A stretch of DNA of 64,000 bases from Steroidobacteraceae bacterium (GCA_035552895.1 DATNEU010000066.1:491-64490); one strand, 5' to 3'; shown: positions 8,511-18,430, numbered from the stretch's first letter. The notes: generated by a model from the letters alone, not told the origin. Program-made: numbers and translations.

Positions 8511-9484
8511 GCGGCTCGTGCGGCGAGCCGCACCGCAAGGTCCATGGCCGCCGCCAGACTGGCCGGATCCGCACGGCCGGTGCCGGCGAGATCGAGCGCG
8601 GTGCCGTGATCCACCGAGGTGCGCAGGATCGGCAGTCCGAGCGTCACGTTCACGGCGCTCTCGAACCCCGCATGCTTGATCACCGGCAGGCCCTGATCGT
8701 GGTACATGGCCAGCACGACGTCGAAGTCGGCCAGCACGCGCGGCACGAAGGCCGTATCCGCCGGCAGCGGGCCGGCGACTCTCAGGCCGCGCTCGCGCAT
8801 GCGGGCAATGGCCGGGGCGATCACTCGGATCTCCTCGTCGCCGAGATGCCCGCTCTCACCGGCGTGGGGATTCAGGCCGCAGACGGCGATCCGCGGCCGG
8901 GCGATCCCCCACCAGCGGGTGAGATCCCGGTCGAGGATCTCCAGCACCTCGCAGAGCAGCTCGACGGTGATCGCGCCGCTGACGCGGGCAAGCGGCAGAT
9001 GTGTCGTTGCTAGCGCGACGCGCAGAGACGTCGTTGCTAACATCATCACCGGACGTCGTGTACGGGTGCGTTCCGCAAAGAACTCGGTATGTCCGGTGAA
9101 GGGGATGCCGGCATCGTTGATCACACCTTTATGCACGGGCGCTGTCACGATTGCAGCAAATTCGCCGCCGAGAGCGCCGTCGCAGGCGCGCTCGAGGAGG
9201 CCCAGGACGTAAGCACCGTTGCTCGCATCGAGCCGGCCCGCTGCGACCGGCGAGCGCAGCGGATGATGCTCCACTGTAAGCGTCCCGGGGATGTGGCGGT
9301 GAGACGTGCGGTCGTACGGCCGCAATTCGACGCTCATTCCGAGCGCGCGGGCGCGCTCGGCGAGCATGTCCCGGTCACCCAGGCAGACCAGGTCACAGTC
9401 GAGCTGGCGCGCCGCCGCCGCCAGGCAAACGTCGGGGCCGATGCCCGCGGGCTCCCCCGAGGTCAGCGCGATGCGCGGCAGCAC
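8507..9484 (-). CDS. pdxA: 4-hydroxythreonine-4-phosphate dehydrogenase
   Basis: LTSGEPAGIGPD, ATTHLPL and GLNPHAGESGHLGDEE. Synteny surA-pdxA-rsmA. GTG start. Confidence 0.9.
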   Translation of the reverse strand: MLPRIALTSGEPAGIGPDVCLAAAARQLDCDLVCLGDRDMLAERARALGMSVELRPYDRTSHRHIPGTLTVEHHPLRSPVAAGRLDASNGAYVLGLLERACDGALGGEFAAIVTAPVHKGVINDAGIPFTGHTEFFAERTRTRRPVMMLATTSLRVALATTHLPLARVSGAITVELLCEVLEILDRDLTRWWGIARPRIAVCGLNPHAGESGHLGDEEIRVIAPAIARMRERGLRVAGPLPADTAFVPRVLADFDVVLAMYHDQGLPVIKHAGFESAVNVTLGLPILRTSVDHGTALDLAGTGRADPASLAAAMDLAVRLAARAA

Positions 9485-9501
9485 GGCGGGCGCGCGGCCG
9501 C

Positions 9502-10833
9502 TCAGCCGCTCATGACCTTCACGTAGGCATTATCGCGCAGGCGCTGCAGCCACAGCTCCGTGTCCTCGTCGGCTTTGCTGGCACGGATCGCCTCCATCGC
9601 GTCCAGCCGTTGGACTTCCTGCGTCGCGTCATGGTTGCGGCGTCCGAGGAGCTGCGCGATGTGCCAACCGTACCGTGTCTTGAAGGGCTCGCTGATCTCG
9701 CCCACTTTCAGCTTGTCGACCTGTCCGCTGAACGTCGGATCAAAGGCGTCGGGGCTCTGCCAGCCGAGATCGCCGCCATCCGAGGCGGAGCCCGGATCCT
9801 GCGAGGCGGCGGCGGCGGCGACCGCGAAGGTCTCCTGGCCGCTCAGAACGCGCTGGCGGATCTGCTCCAACCGCTGCCGCACGGTCGCATCGTCCTGCAA
9901 CGCGTTGGTCTTGAGGAGGATGTGGCGCACGTGGATCTGCTCCACGATGTCTTTCTTCTGCTGGCTGCGGACCTGGTCGAGCTTGACGATGTGAAAGCCG
10001 GTGGGGCTGCGCACGGGGGCCGCGACCTGTCCTGGCTTCAGGGCCAGGATCACGCTGGTGAGGAACGTCGGCAGCTCCGATCCTTTGCGCCATCCGAGGG
10101 AGCCGCCTTCCAGGGCATCCTCGCTGTTGGAATAGGCCACCGCGAGCTTGGCGAAATCCTCGCCCTTGCTGGCGCGATGGTAGACGTCGTCGGCGCGTTG
10201 CTGAGCCTGCGTCATCTGCTGCGGTGTCGCGTTCGGCGGCACCGCGATCAGGATGTGGGAGACACTGTATTCCTCATCGGCCGCCGGCTGCTTGGCCTGC
10301 CTCGACAGGAACTGGTCGATCTCCCGCGGCGTGACCACGATCCGCTGCAGCACGTCGCGCTGGCGCAGCAGTCCCAGCGTGAGCTGCTGGCGCATGTCCT
10401 CACGGTAGCTCGCGTAATCGATCCCCTGCTGGGCAAGTACCGTGGGCAGGTCGGCGAAGGCGATGTTGTTGCGCTTGGCGACGTCCTCGAGCGCGGCATT
10501 GAGCTGGTCGTCGGAGATCGTGACGCCGTCGCGCTGCGCCTGCTCCAGCTGGATCCGCTGGATGATCAGGCGATTGAGCACCTGCTTGCGCAGCACGCTG
10601 TCCGGCGGCAGCGTCATGTTCTGCGCCTGCAGCCGGGCCGTGACCTGCTTCATCTGGTCGTCGACCTCGCTCTCCAGGACGACGCCGTCGTTGACGACGG
10701 CGGCGATACGGTCGAGGAGCTGTCCCTGGGTGGACAGATCGCGGGTCTGTCCGTGGGCGATGCCCTGAAAGGCGAGCGCGCCCAAGAGCAGCAGGAAAAG
10801 GGGAGTGGAGCCGAAGGAGAGAAACCGCCGCAT
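9502..10833 (-). CDS. surA: periplasmic chaperone/peptidyl-prolyl isomerase SurA
   Basis: Signal peptide MRRFLSFGSTPLFLLLLGALAFQGIAHG. Two parvulin domains (SHILIAV..., VRHILLK...). Downstream of lptD. Start at ATG 10833; the track ORF is extended upstream. Confidence 0.9.
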   Translation of the reverse strand: MRRFLSFGSTPLFLLLLGALAFQGIAHGQTRDLSTQGQLLDRIAAVVNDGVVLESEVDDQMKQVTARLQAQNMTLPPDSVLRKQVLNRLIIQRIQLEQAQRDGVTISDDQLNAALEDVAKRNNIAFADLPTVLAQQGIDYASYREDMRQQLTLGLLRQRDVLQRIVVTPREIDQFLSRQAKQPAADEEYSVSHILIAVPPNATPQQMTQAQQRADDVYHRASKGEDFAKLAVAYSNSEDALEGGSLGWRKGSELPTFLTSVILALKPGQVAAPVRSPTGFHIVKLDQVRSQQKKDIVEQIHVRHILLKTNALQDDATVRQRLEQIRQRVLSGQETFAVAAAAASQDPGSASDGGDLGWQSPDAFDPTFSGQVDKLKVGEISEPFKTRYGWHIAQLLGRRNHDATQEVQRLDAMEAIRASKADEDTELWLQRLRDNAYVKVMSG

Positions 10834-10861
10834 GCGCTCGTTATCCTCGTGCAATGGGCCC

Positions 10862-13225
10862 TTACGGGGAGCCCAGGAGTGACCGGGAATTCGCTTCCGT
10901 CGAAGTGTAGCCGGGAATCTCCTGGGCGAGAGAGACATCCGACGCGGATCCGACACTCGCGAGGCCCGTGAGTTCCAGCTGCAGCCAGATGCCCGTGTCC
11001 TGGGGGCCCGTGCGGGCCGTACTGGTCGTGGGACGGGCGCCGACGAAACGGCGGGCACCCAGGCGCAGACTCCAGCAGCACGAACGGTACTCGAACCCGG
11101 CGAATCGCTCCAGCGCCTCGTGGTCGGCCAGCGAGTACACGCCGCGGGCAAAGACGCTCCAGGAGCGCCCGATGGGCCATGCGGCCGAGGCCTCGACCTG
11201 CTCGACATTGCAGCTCGGCGTGACCGGGGTGCCGCACACCGGCCCCTGGCCCTGAAGAGCGCTCACGAGCGCAGCCTCCTCGTAGATTCCCCGCTCGAAG
11301 CGGTAACCCACGTTGACCACCCGATCGGGCGCGGGATGGTACTGCACCTCGATCAGCGCGCGCTGGGTCTCGGAGGACTGCGGATCCCACTGCACCCCCG
11401 CATCCGCGCTCCAGTGCTGGAAGGCGGTCAGCGCGAGCTGCGCCACGAGATCCGAGCGCCGGTCCGTGCGGGCGAGCTCCCCGGGCAGGGTGACCCGCGG
11501 GTTCGTGAAATAGAACTCCTGCCCGAATGTGGCCGTCAGGTACTGCCGTCCGTCGAGCGCATTCAAGAGCCTCGTGGTCACGCCGGCGCTCACCTGGTTG
11601 GCATCCCCCATCCGATCGGCGCCGACGTAGCGGTTGGTCCGGAAGAGCTCCACCGGGTCGAGGTCGGGCACGGCAGTGTCGAAAACCGGCAGCTCGCTCT
11701 GCTTGCGATAGGGGACGTAGAGGTACATCACGCGCGGCTCGAGCGTGACGATGCGCTGGCCATGGGAGCCGGCGGTGCGCTCGAGTTGCAGCCCGGTATC
11801 CAGGCTGGCGATGGGCAGGTCGCGCGAAGGCGAGGCCGGCTGTCCGGGAAGAGTATCCGAGAGCTGGTAGGCAGTGGCGCGATAAGCGAGCGAGGGGCGG
11901 ACGAAGTATCCCGGCCCCTCGATGTTGAGCGAGGCACTCGGATAGAGATCGAGCCGCCAGCCCGCCACGCCGGTCGAGCGGCGGAAGTCGACCGCCTCCG
12001 AGTCGAAGCCGTAGCGCACCAGGTTCCCGGGTCCCCAGCCGTAGTCGGCGCTCACCGTGAGGTCGGGCACGCGCGCGTAGGGACGCTGATCGAGCGGCAG
12101 AGTGCTGTCGATGGTCTGGAACTGTTGCGCCATCCCCTGGATGTTCCAGTGCACGTCGCGATACGAGAGCACGGCCTGCCGGGGCAGGAACGCCGTGCTG
12201 GTGCCCTCCGGGCCGGTGGAGAAGTCTTCGAAATAATTCGTGTCGCTGACGTTCTCGCCGTCGAGCGTCAGCCGGAAGTTGCCGGGCAGCTCGGTGACGT
12301 TGCGCAGCCGGATCCGGCTGCGCTCGGCGTGATACACCGCGTCATTGGGCAGATAGTCCCAATCGAGCTCGCCCCGCTGCCGCTGCGTGAGGTAGCGGAA
12401 GTCGCCGGCGACATCCGGGCCGCGGCGGCTGTACTCGGTCGGGTCGAAGGTGAAGTCGATGTTGGGGGCGATGTCGAAGTAGTAAGGGGCCGAGACCTCC
12501 GCTCCCCCATTCGAGGTGTTGGCGACCGTGGGGAAGAGAAAGCCGCTCTTGCGGACATTGCCCAGCGGGAACGACACCCAGGGCAGATAAAGGAGAGGCA
12601 CGCCCTTGAAGTCGATGCGCGCGTCGCGGCCCGTGCCCACCTTGTTGCGGGTGTCGAGGACGATCTTCGCGGCGCGCAGAATCCAGGACTGATCGTTGAC
12701 CGGACAGGTCGTGAACGTCACCTCCTCGAGCCGCATCAGCCCCTGCGGGCTGAGTTCCATCTCCTTCGCGGCGCCGCGCGCCGAGCGTTGCACCAGGCTG
12801 AACTTCGCCGAATCGAAGCGCGCGCCCGCGGTCGGAGAGTAGCTGCCGCCCGCGCCCGTCACGTGCACCAGCGGGTCGGCATATTCGATGCCGCCCCGGG
12901 TGCGCATCGAGTTGTTGTTCTTGTCGTACTGAAGCTGGCTCGACTCGATCCGGCGCTGGCCTTGCCGGACGACGACGTGCCCGCTCAAGGTGAGCATGCC
13001 ATTCCTGTCCAAAGTGGCGTGACCGGCCTCGATGTCGACGCTCCCCGCCTGGGCGAGCGAGCCGGCGCCGGCAAGCGTCTTGCCGGCCGCCTTGGCTCGG
13101 GCGGTTTGGGCCGTGGCGACGGGCGCCGGCGGTGTGGGAGGAGTCGGCGGGTCGCAGGCGCGCGCGAGCGGGGTGAGTCCGCCGATCGACAGCAGGGCGG
13201 TCCAGAATGGGCTCAGGCGCGGCAT
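10862..13225 (-). CDS. lptD: LPS-assembly outer-membrane protein LptD
   Basis: About 787 aa. Signal peptide MPRLSPFWTALLSIGGLTPLARA, an OstA-like N-domain and a long beta-barrel region. Conserved position upstream of surA. Start is ATG 13225, or ATG 13237 four codons upstream. The 1150-aa track ORF runs antisense into amgK. Confidence 0.9.
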   Translation of the reverse strand: MPRLSPFWTALLSIGGLTPLARACDPPTPPTPPAPVATAQTARAKAAGKTLAGAGSLAQAGSVDIEAGHATLDRNGMLTLSGHVVVRQGQRRIESSQLQYDKNNNSMRTRGGIEYADPLVHVTGAGGSYSPTAGARFDSAKFSLVQRSARGAAKEMELSPQGLMRLEEVTFTTCPVNDQSWILRAAKIVLDTRNKVGTGRDARIDFKGVPLLYLPWVSFPLGNVRKSGFLFPTVANTSNGGAEVSAPYYFDIAPNIDFTFDPTEYSRRGPDVAGDFRYLTQRQRGELDWDYLPNDAVYHAERSRIRLRNVTELPGNFRLTLDGENVSDTNYFEDFSTGPEGTSTAFLPRQAVLSYRDVHWNIQGMAQQFQTIDSTLPLDQRPYARVPDLTVSADYGWGPGNLVRYGFDSEAVDFRRSTGVAGWRLDLYPSASLNIEGPGYFVRPSLAYRATAYQLSDTLPGQPASPSRDLPIASLDTGLQLERTAGSHGQRIVTLEPRVMYLYVPYRKQSELPVFDTAVPDLDPVELFRTNRYVGADRMGDANQVSAGVTTRLLNALDGRQYLTATFGQEFYFTNPRVTLPGELARTDRRSDLVAQLALTAFQHWSADAGVQWDPQSSETQRALIEVQYHPAPDRVVNVGYRFERGIYEEAALVSALQGQGPVCGTPVTPSCNVEQVEASAAWPIGRSWSVFARGVYSLADHEALERFAGFEYRSCCWSLRLGARRFVGARPTTSTARTGPQDTGIWLQLELTGLASVGSASDVSLAQEIPGYTSTEANSRSLLGSP

Positions 13226-13237
13226 GAAGGGCGGCAT

Positions 13238-13243
13238 TATAAT
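13238..13243 (+). promoter_or_regulatory. candidate -10 box for amgK in the 63-bp lptD/amgK divergent region
   Basis: Perfect TATAAT 45 nt upstream of the amgK ATG. Confidence 0.3.
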
Positions 13244-13288
13244 GGCGCGCCCGATTTTCGCGGGCTGGAAAGCCTTCAATACCCGCCG

Positions 13289-14332
13289 ATGCCCGATAAC
13301 GATGCGCGACTCACGCTGCTGCAAGGTTGGCTGGCGCGAGATCTGGGTCTGCGCCCGGCTCGGATCGAGCCCGCCTCGAGCGATGCCAGCTTCCGCCGTT
13401 ACTTCCGCGTGGTGTGCGATGACACGACACTGATCGTCATGGACGCGCCGCCGGAGACGGAGGACGTGCGGCCGTATCTGCGCGTCACCGCGCTGCTCGA
13501 GCCGCTCGGCATTCACGTGCCGCATGTGCACGAGGCCGATGCGGCCCGGGGTTTTGTGCTGCTCGAGGACCTCGGCAGCACGCATTTTCTGGCGCAACTC
13601 GCTGCCGGCGCCGACCCGCGGCCGCTCTACGGCGATGCGCTGCAGGCACTCGCGGAAATCCAGCTGCGCGGCGCGGCGGCGGCGGCCGAGCTTGCACCTT
13701 ACGATCGTGTCCCGCTCGCGCGCGAGCTGGCACTCATGCCCGAGTGGTTCCTGGAACGGCATCTTGCGCTCGAGCTCACCGGCGCGGAGCGCGAGATGGT
13801 CGCCGCGGCTTTCGAGTTTCTGATCGGCGAGGCGCTGTCGCAGCCCGAGGTATTCGTGCACCGCGACTACCACTCGCGCAATCTCATGGTCGTCGGCGAG
13901 CGCAATCCCGGCGTGCTCGACTTTCAGGACGCGCTGCGCGGGCCGATCGGCTACGATCTGGTCTCGCTGTTGAAGGATTGTTATATCTCCTGGCCGCGGG
14001 AGCGGGTGCTGGAGTGGGTGAGCGGCTACCGCTCGCTGTTGCAGTCGCGCGGCGGCCGTGTCGGCGGTGGCCCGGCGCAGTTCCTGCGCTGGTTCGACCT
14101 CATCGGCCTGCAGCGACACATCAAGGTCCTCGGCATCTTCGCGCGGCTCTGGTACCGGGACGGCAAGCCGGGCTACCTGCGCGACCTGCCGCTGACGCTC
14201 GATTATGTGCGCGAGACCTGTCGCCTGTATCCGCAGCTCGCCGCGCTCTCGGATTTCATGGAGCGCCGGATCGCCCCCGAGCTGCCGCGCGCCAACGAGC
14301 GGGTCGCGCGGCAAGCGGCGGCGGGCACGTGA
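13289..14332 (+). CDS. amgK: aminoglycoside-phosphotransferase-fold sugar kinase, AmgK-like (N-acetylmuramate/GlcNAc anomeric kinase)
   Basis: Kinase motifs VHRDYHSRNLMV and LDFQDALRGPIGYDLVSLLKD. Divergent from lptD and followed by murU, exactly as in Pseudomonas. ATG 13289. Confidence 0.75.
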   Translation: MPDNDARLTLLQGWLARDLGLRPARIEPASSDASFRRYFRVVCDDTTLIVMDAPPETEDVRPYLRVTALLEPLGIHVPHVHEADAARGFVLLEDLGSTHFLAQLAAGADPRPLYGDALQALAEIQLRGAAAAAELAPYDRVPLARELALMPEWFLERHLALELTGAEREMVAAAFEFLIGEALSQPEVFVHRDYHSRNLMVVGERNPGVLDFQDALRGPIGYDLVSLLKDCYISWPRERVLEWVSGYRSLLQSRGGRVGGGPAQFLRWFDLIGLQRHIKVLGIFARLWYRDGKPGYLRDLPLTLDYVRETCRLYPQLAALSDFMERRIAPELPRANERVARQAAAGT

Positions 14333-15030
14333 TGGCCGCCGCGGCGCCGGCGGTCAGAGCGATCCTGCTGGCGGCGGGCCGCGGCGAGCGGTTGCGCCCG
14401 CTCACGGACACACTGCCCAAGCCGCTAGTCGAGGTCGCCGGCAAGCCCCTGATCGTCTATCACCTCGAGGCGCTGGCGCGCGCGGGGATCCGCGATGTCG
14501 TGATCAATCTTTCCTGGCTCGGGCAGAAGATCCGAGCCGCGCTCGGCGATGGCAGCCGCTTTGGCGTACAGATCGCCTACAGCGAGGAGGGGCCGGTGCC
14601 TCTCGAGACCGGCGGTGGCATTCACCGCGCGCTGCCGCTCCTCGGCACGGCCCCTTTTCTGGTGGTCAATTCCGATGTCTGGACCGACATGGATTTCGGG
14701 CGGGTTCTGACTTTGGAGGAAGGCGCCGACGCGCGCCTGATGCTGGCGCCGAATCCCCCGCATCATCCGCGTGGGGACTTCGGGCTGGAGGCTGATCTCG
14801 TCGTGGAGCGCGCAGCCGGCCGCTTCACCTATACCGGCATCGGCATCTATCGGCCGGAGCTCTTCGCCGGTTGCGCGCCGGGGAAGTTTCCGCTGCTGCC
14901 GCTCCTGCAGCGTGCGATCGCGGCGCGCCGCCTGCGCGGCGAGCTCTACCGCGGGGAGTGGCTCGACATCGGCTCGGCGGACCGGCTGGCGTGGCTGGAT
15001 GCGAGAGAGCGCGCCGCCCGGGCCCGTTGA
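14332..15030 (+). CDS. murU: nucleotidyltransferase, MurU-like (MurNAc-alpha-1-P uridylyltransferase)
   Basis: [24 protein letters not shown] is a sugar-nucleotidyltransferase N-terminus. The ATG overlaps the amgK stop by 1 nt. 232 aa. Confidence 0.75.
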   Translation: MAAAAPAVRAILLAAGRGERLRPLTDTLPKPLVEVAGKPLIVYHLEALARAGIRDVVINLSWLGQKIRAALGDGSRFGVQIAYSEEGPVPLETGGGIHRALPLLGTAPFLVVNSDVWTDMDFGRVLTLEEGADARLMLAPNPPHHPRGDFGLEADLVVERAAGRFTYTGIGIYRPELFAGCAPGKFPLLPLLQRAIAARRLRGELYRGEWLDIGSADRLAWLDARERAARAR

Positions 15031-15031
15031 G

Positions 15032-15049
15032 GCCCCGAGGGGGCGTTTT
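15032..15049 (+). terminator. weak terminator-like hairpin after murU
   Basis: GCCCC-GAG-GGGGC followed by GTTTT, directly after the murU stop and 29 nt before lipA. Confidence 0.3.
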
Positions 15050-15077
15050 CAGGGCCCGGAGAGGCCCGTGGCGTAAA

Positions 15078-16139
15078 ATGAGCGCCATGGCCAATCTCAA
15101 AGACATCCCGGTCGTCACGGATGCCGTGCCCGGGCCGCGGGAAAGCCCGCGGAGCGGCGAAAAATATCTTACATCTCAAGGATTTACCGCAATCCGCGAC
15201 GGCATCAAGGCCGCCGCCGCGGCGGGCGGTTGGGCGCCCGGCTCCACGGCCCGCGCCGGCAAGCCTTCCTGGCTCCGGGCCAAGGCGCCCGCGGGGGTCG
15301 GATTCCAGGCGGTCAAGGGCATCGTCAAGGAGCACCGGCTCGCCACGGTGTGCGAGGAGGCTAAGTGCCCGAACATCGGCGAATGCTGGAATGCGGGCAC
15401 GGCCACGATCATGCTCATGGGCGCGGTGTGCACCCGTGCCTGTCGCTTCTGCGCCGTCGACACCGGCAACCCCCACGGCTGGCTCGATGCGGATGAGCCG
15501 GAGAACGCCGCACGCAGCGTTGAGCTGATGAAGCTCAAGTACGTGGTTCTGACTTCCGTCGACCGCGACGACCTGCAGGACGGCGGCGCGGCTCATTACG
15601 CGGCCTGCATCCGTGCGATCAAGCGCCGCAACCCCGCAACCGCAGTCGAGGCGCTCACGCCGGACTTCGGCGGAGTCCTCGAAGACGTTGAGACCGTCGT
15701 GGGCTCGGGGCTGGAGGTCTTCGCGCAGAATATCGAGACCGTGCGCCGGCTGACCCATCCCGTCAGAGACCCGCGTGCCGGCTACGAGCAGACGCTGCGT
15801 GTCCTCGCGCACGCCAAGCGACATGCGCCTGCGGTGTTGACCAAGAGCAGCCTGATGCTGGGCCTCGGCGAGACGGGTGACGAAATCGAGGAGACGCTGG
15901 CCGACCTGCGCGCAGCCGGTGTCGACATCGTGACCCTCGGGCAGTACCTGCGCCCCACGGTCAATCATCTGCCCGTCGAGCGCTACGTGACTCCCGCGGA
16001 GTTCGACCACTACCGCGAGCGCGCGCTGGCCCGCGGCTTCCTCGAGTGTGTCTCGGGGCCGCTCGTGCGCTCCAGCTATCGCGCGGAGCAGGCGCTCAAC
16101 CGCAACAACGCCGGCCTCGACAACGCGCGGCTCGCGTGA
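15078..16139 (+). CDS. lipA: lipoyl synthase (radical SAM)
   Basis: Auxiliary cluster motif [13 protein letters not shown] and radical-SAM motif [11 protein letters not shown] 15078; ATG 15087 is an alternative. Confidence 0.92.
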   Translation: MSAMANLKDIPVVTDAVPGPRESPRSGEKYLTSQGFTAIRDGIKAAAAAGGWAPGSTARAGKPSWLRAKAPAGVGFQAVKGIVKEHRLATVCEEAKCPNIGECWNAGTATIMLMGAVCTRACRFCAVDTGNPHGWLDADEPENAARSVELMKLKYVVLTSVDRDDLQDGGAAHYAACIRAIKRRNPATAVEALTPDFGGVLEDVETVVGSGLEVFAQNIETVRRLTHPVRDPRAGYEQTLRVLAHAKRHAPAVLTKSSLMLGLGETGDEIEETLADLRAAGVDIVTLGQYLRPTVNHLPVERYVTPAEFDHYRERALARGFLECVSGPLVRSSYRAEQALNRNNAGLDNARLA

Positions 16140-16768
16140 CCTTGCGACCCGTGCCGCCGCACATCGTGCGTGACCTCGGCGTCGTGGAATACGAGCCGAC
16201 GTGGCGCGCGATGCAACGCTTCACTGACCAGCGCGGCCCCGAGACGCCCGATGAGGTCTGGTTCCTGGAGCACCCGCCGGTCTTCACACTCGGCATGAAC
16301 GCGAGTCCCGATCACGTGCTCGCGCCCGGCGACATCCCCGTGGTGCAGATCGACCGCGGAGGTCAGGTCACCTATCACGGGCCCGGTCAGCTCGTCGTCT
16401 ACCCCCTCGTTGACCTCCGGCGCGCCGGCTTGGGCGTTCGCGACATCGTCACCGCCCTCGAGCGCAGCGTCATCGCCTATGCCGCCGAGCTCGGCGTCAC
16501 CGCTGAATGCCGCAAGGGTGCGCCCGGCGTCTATGTCGACGGTCGAAAACTGGCGAGCATCGGCATCCGCGTGCGCCGCGGCGCCAGCTATCACGGCATC
16601 GCCGTCAATGTCAGCGCCGACCTCCAGCCCTTCAACCGTATCAATCCGTGCGGATATCCCGGCCTCGAGATGACCCGACTGTCGGACCTGAGCCCGGTCG
16701 GCTCCGTGGGCGCCGCCGCCGCGGCCCTGAAGCCGCACCTGCTCCGAGAGCTGTACGGATGCTCATAA
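16136..16768 (+). CDS. lipB: octanoyltransferase
   Basis: [26 protein letters not shown] and [12 protein letters not shown] 16136 overlaps the lipA stop (GTGA). Confidence 0.9.
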   Translation: MTLRPVPPHIVRDLGVVEYEPTWRAMQRFTDQRGPETPDEVWFLEHPPVFTLGMNASPDHVLAPGDIPVVQIDRGGQVTYHGPGQLVVYPLVDLRRAGLGVRDIVTALERSVIAYAAELGVTAECRKGAPGVYVDGRKLASIGIRVRRGASYHGIAVNVSADLQPFNRINPCGYPGLEMTRLSDLSPVGSVGAAAAALKPHLLRELYGCS

Positions 16769-16835
16769 CCGGTCCGTCACCGTTTCCCGACTGACCGTGT
16801 AACTGCGCCTGCCGCACCATTGCCAGCTACCCCAG

Positions 16836-16859
16836 AGGAGTGGCAATAGGAGTGGCAAT
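16836..16859 (+). repeat. perfect 12-nt tandem duplication covering the sbp Shine-Dalgarno and start
   Basis: AGGAGTGGCAAT AGGAGTGGCAAT G. Only the second copy completes an ATG. Confidence 0.9.
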
Positions 16860-17892
16860 GCAACTCGTGCACAAGAAGCTGCCCCGCGCGGCGGCGCTCG
16901 TCTTCGTAACTCTCGCCATACTCGCTGTGACTGGCTGCGCCCGCCGCGCCAGCTCCGGCGTGACGCTTCTCAACGCATCCTACTCCCCGACACGCGAGCT
17001 CTACAGCAAATACAACGTCGCCTTCGAGAAGTACTGGGAGGCCAGGACCAAACAGACCGTGCACGTGAGCATGTCCTACGGCGGCTCGGAGCTGCAGGCG
17101 CGCTCGGTGGTGGAAGGTCTAGGGGCGGACGTGGTGACGTTGGCCTTGGCGGCCGACATCGACGCCATCGCGCAGAGGGGAAAGCTGCTGCCGCTCAACT
17201 GGCAGACCCGCCTGCCGGACGACAGCTCTCCCTATACGTCGACGATCGTCTTCCTGGTGCGCAAAGGCAACCCGAAGGGGATCCGCGACTGGGGCGACCT
17301 GGTCAAGCCCGGGGTCTCCGTCATCACTCCCAACCCGAAAACCTCCGGCGGAGCGCGCTGGAACTTTCTCGCGGCCTGGGCATGGGCCTTGAAGCAGCCG
17401 GGAGGCAACGAGGCCAGCACCAGGCAATACCTCCGCGATCTGTTCCGGCACGTTCCCGTGCTGGACACCAGCGCGCGCGCCGCCACGACTACATTCGTGC
17501 AGCACGGACTCGGGGACGTGCTCATCGGCTGGGAGAACGAGGCGCTGCTCGCCATCCGTGAGAAGCCGGATGAAGGACTGAGCATCGTGTACCCATCCGT
17601 CAGCATCCTCGCGGAGCCACCGGTCGCCGTCGTGGACCAGTACGCCCTACAGCATGGCCGGCAGCCGCTGGCGACCGCCTATCTGCAGTATCTGTACAGC
17701 AAGGAAGGGCAGGAGATCATCGCCCGCAATTTCTATCGGCCGCGCGACCCGGAGGTGGCCGCGCAGTTCGCGCAGAAGTATCCCAAGATCGATCTTGCGA
17801 CCATCGCCGACTTCGGCGGCTGGGCGAGCGCGCAGCAGAAGTTCTTCGCGGATGGCGGTGTTTTCGACCAGATCTACTCCCGCGCGCAGTAA
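16858..17892 (+). CDS. sbp: sulfate/thiosulfate ABC transporter periplasmic binding protein
   Basis: Near-identical blocks to E. coli Sbp/CysP as I remember it: YTSTIVFLVRKGNPKGIRDWGDLVKPGVSVITPNPKTSGGARWN and GDVLIGWENEALLA. Signal peptide with a lipobox-like VTGC. ATG 16858 sits 6 nt after AGGAG. Confidence 0.9.
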   Translation: MQLVHKKLPRAAALVFVTLAILAVTGCARRASSGVTLLNASYSPTRELYSKYNVAFEKYWEARTKQTVHVSMSYGGSELQARSVVEGLGADVVTLALAADIDAIAQRGKLLPLNWQTRLPDDSSPYTSTIVFLVRKGNPKGIRDWGDLVKPGVSVITPNPKTSGGARWNFLAAWAWALKQPGGNEASTRQYLRDLFRHVPVLDTSARAATTTFVQHGLGDVLIGWENEALLAIREKPDEGLSIVYPSVSILAEPPVAVVDQYALQHGRQPLATAYLQYLYSKEGQEIIARNFYRPRDPEVAAQFAQKYPKIDLATIADFGGWASAQQKFFADGGVFDQIYSRAQ

Positions 17893-17927
17893 ACGCAAAG
17901 CCTCGCATCGCCGTGGCAATTCTGCGT

Positions 17928-17948
17928 GGGCGGCGGCGGCCGCCGCCC
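17928..17948 (+). terminator. GC-only 9-bp hairpin after sbp (no U-tract)
   Basis: GGGCGGCGG-CGG-CCGCCGCCC, 36 nt after the sbp stop. Confidence 0.3.
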
Positions 17949-18430
17949 GGCCCCCCGATCGAGCCGGCAGCTTCCACTCCTGCGCCTCGCGCGCGTGCCG
18001 CTCGGCGCGATTTCTCTTGCGCAGAGCGACGGCCCACCCGAGCAGCTCCAGTGGAGAAGGCAGCTCGCTCGGCAGGCGATAGCTCAATGTGCGACGACGG
18101 CGCAGCCGGGAGTCGACGATCATGGCGAATCGCGCGCCACTGCGGGCGATGTCGGCGCACAGGACGCTCGCGGCTGGGTCCGACAGCGCCGCGGGCTCCC
18201 GCGGTTCGAGCGACAGCGCGGCGACGCAGAGTCGGGTCGAGGCTGCGAGCCGTCCGGGAGGCATCCTGCAGGACGGGCGGTCGCAATGTCCGTCTCATTT
18301 CGGTGACGAACCGGTATCAGCGTCGCTCGAAGCATGCTCCCCAGGGCGGCATCATCACACCAACAGATAACCGCGGCCGGAATATATTGCCTGCAGTCCA
18401 ACACGTCGAAACACAGAGAGAAAACCGCGC

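Noticed and set aside
11120-14332. A 1070-aa plus-strand ORF, and the 1150-aa minus-strand ORF 10862-14314, which suggest giant overlapping genes.
   Set aside because: Only the last 347 aa of the plus ORF (AmgK) and the last ~787 aa of the minus ORF (LptD, starting with a signal peptide) resemble real proteins. The remainders are mutual antisense read-through.
17928-17948. A run of CGG/CCG triplets, considered as a possible microsatellite or CRISPR-like repeat.
   Set aside because: It is a single short palindrome (9-bp arms) with no spacer-repeat periodicity. No CRISPR array or cas gene is present anywhere in the window.
17647-18264. A 205-aa minus-strand ORF in the sbp-porin gap, considered as a real gene.
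   Set aside because: It would overlap 245 nt of the well-supported sbp gene. Codon-phase bias is only local and no motif is recognised. It is kept only as a possible remnant in the findings.
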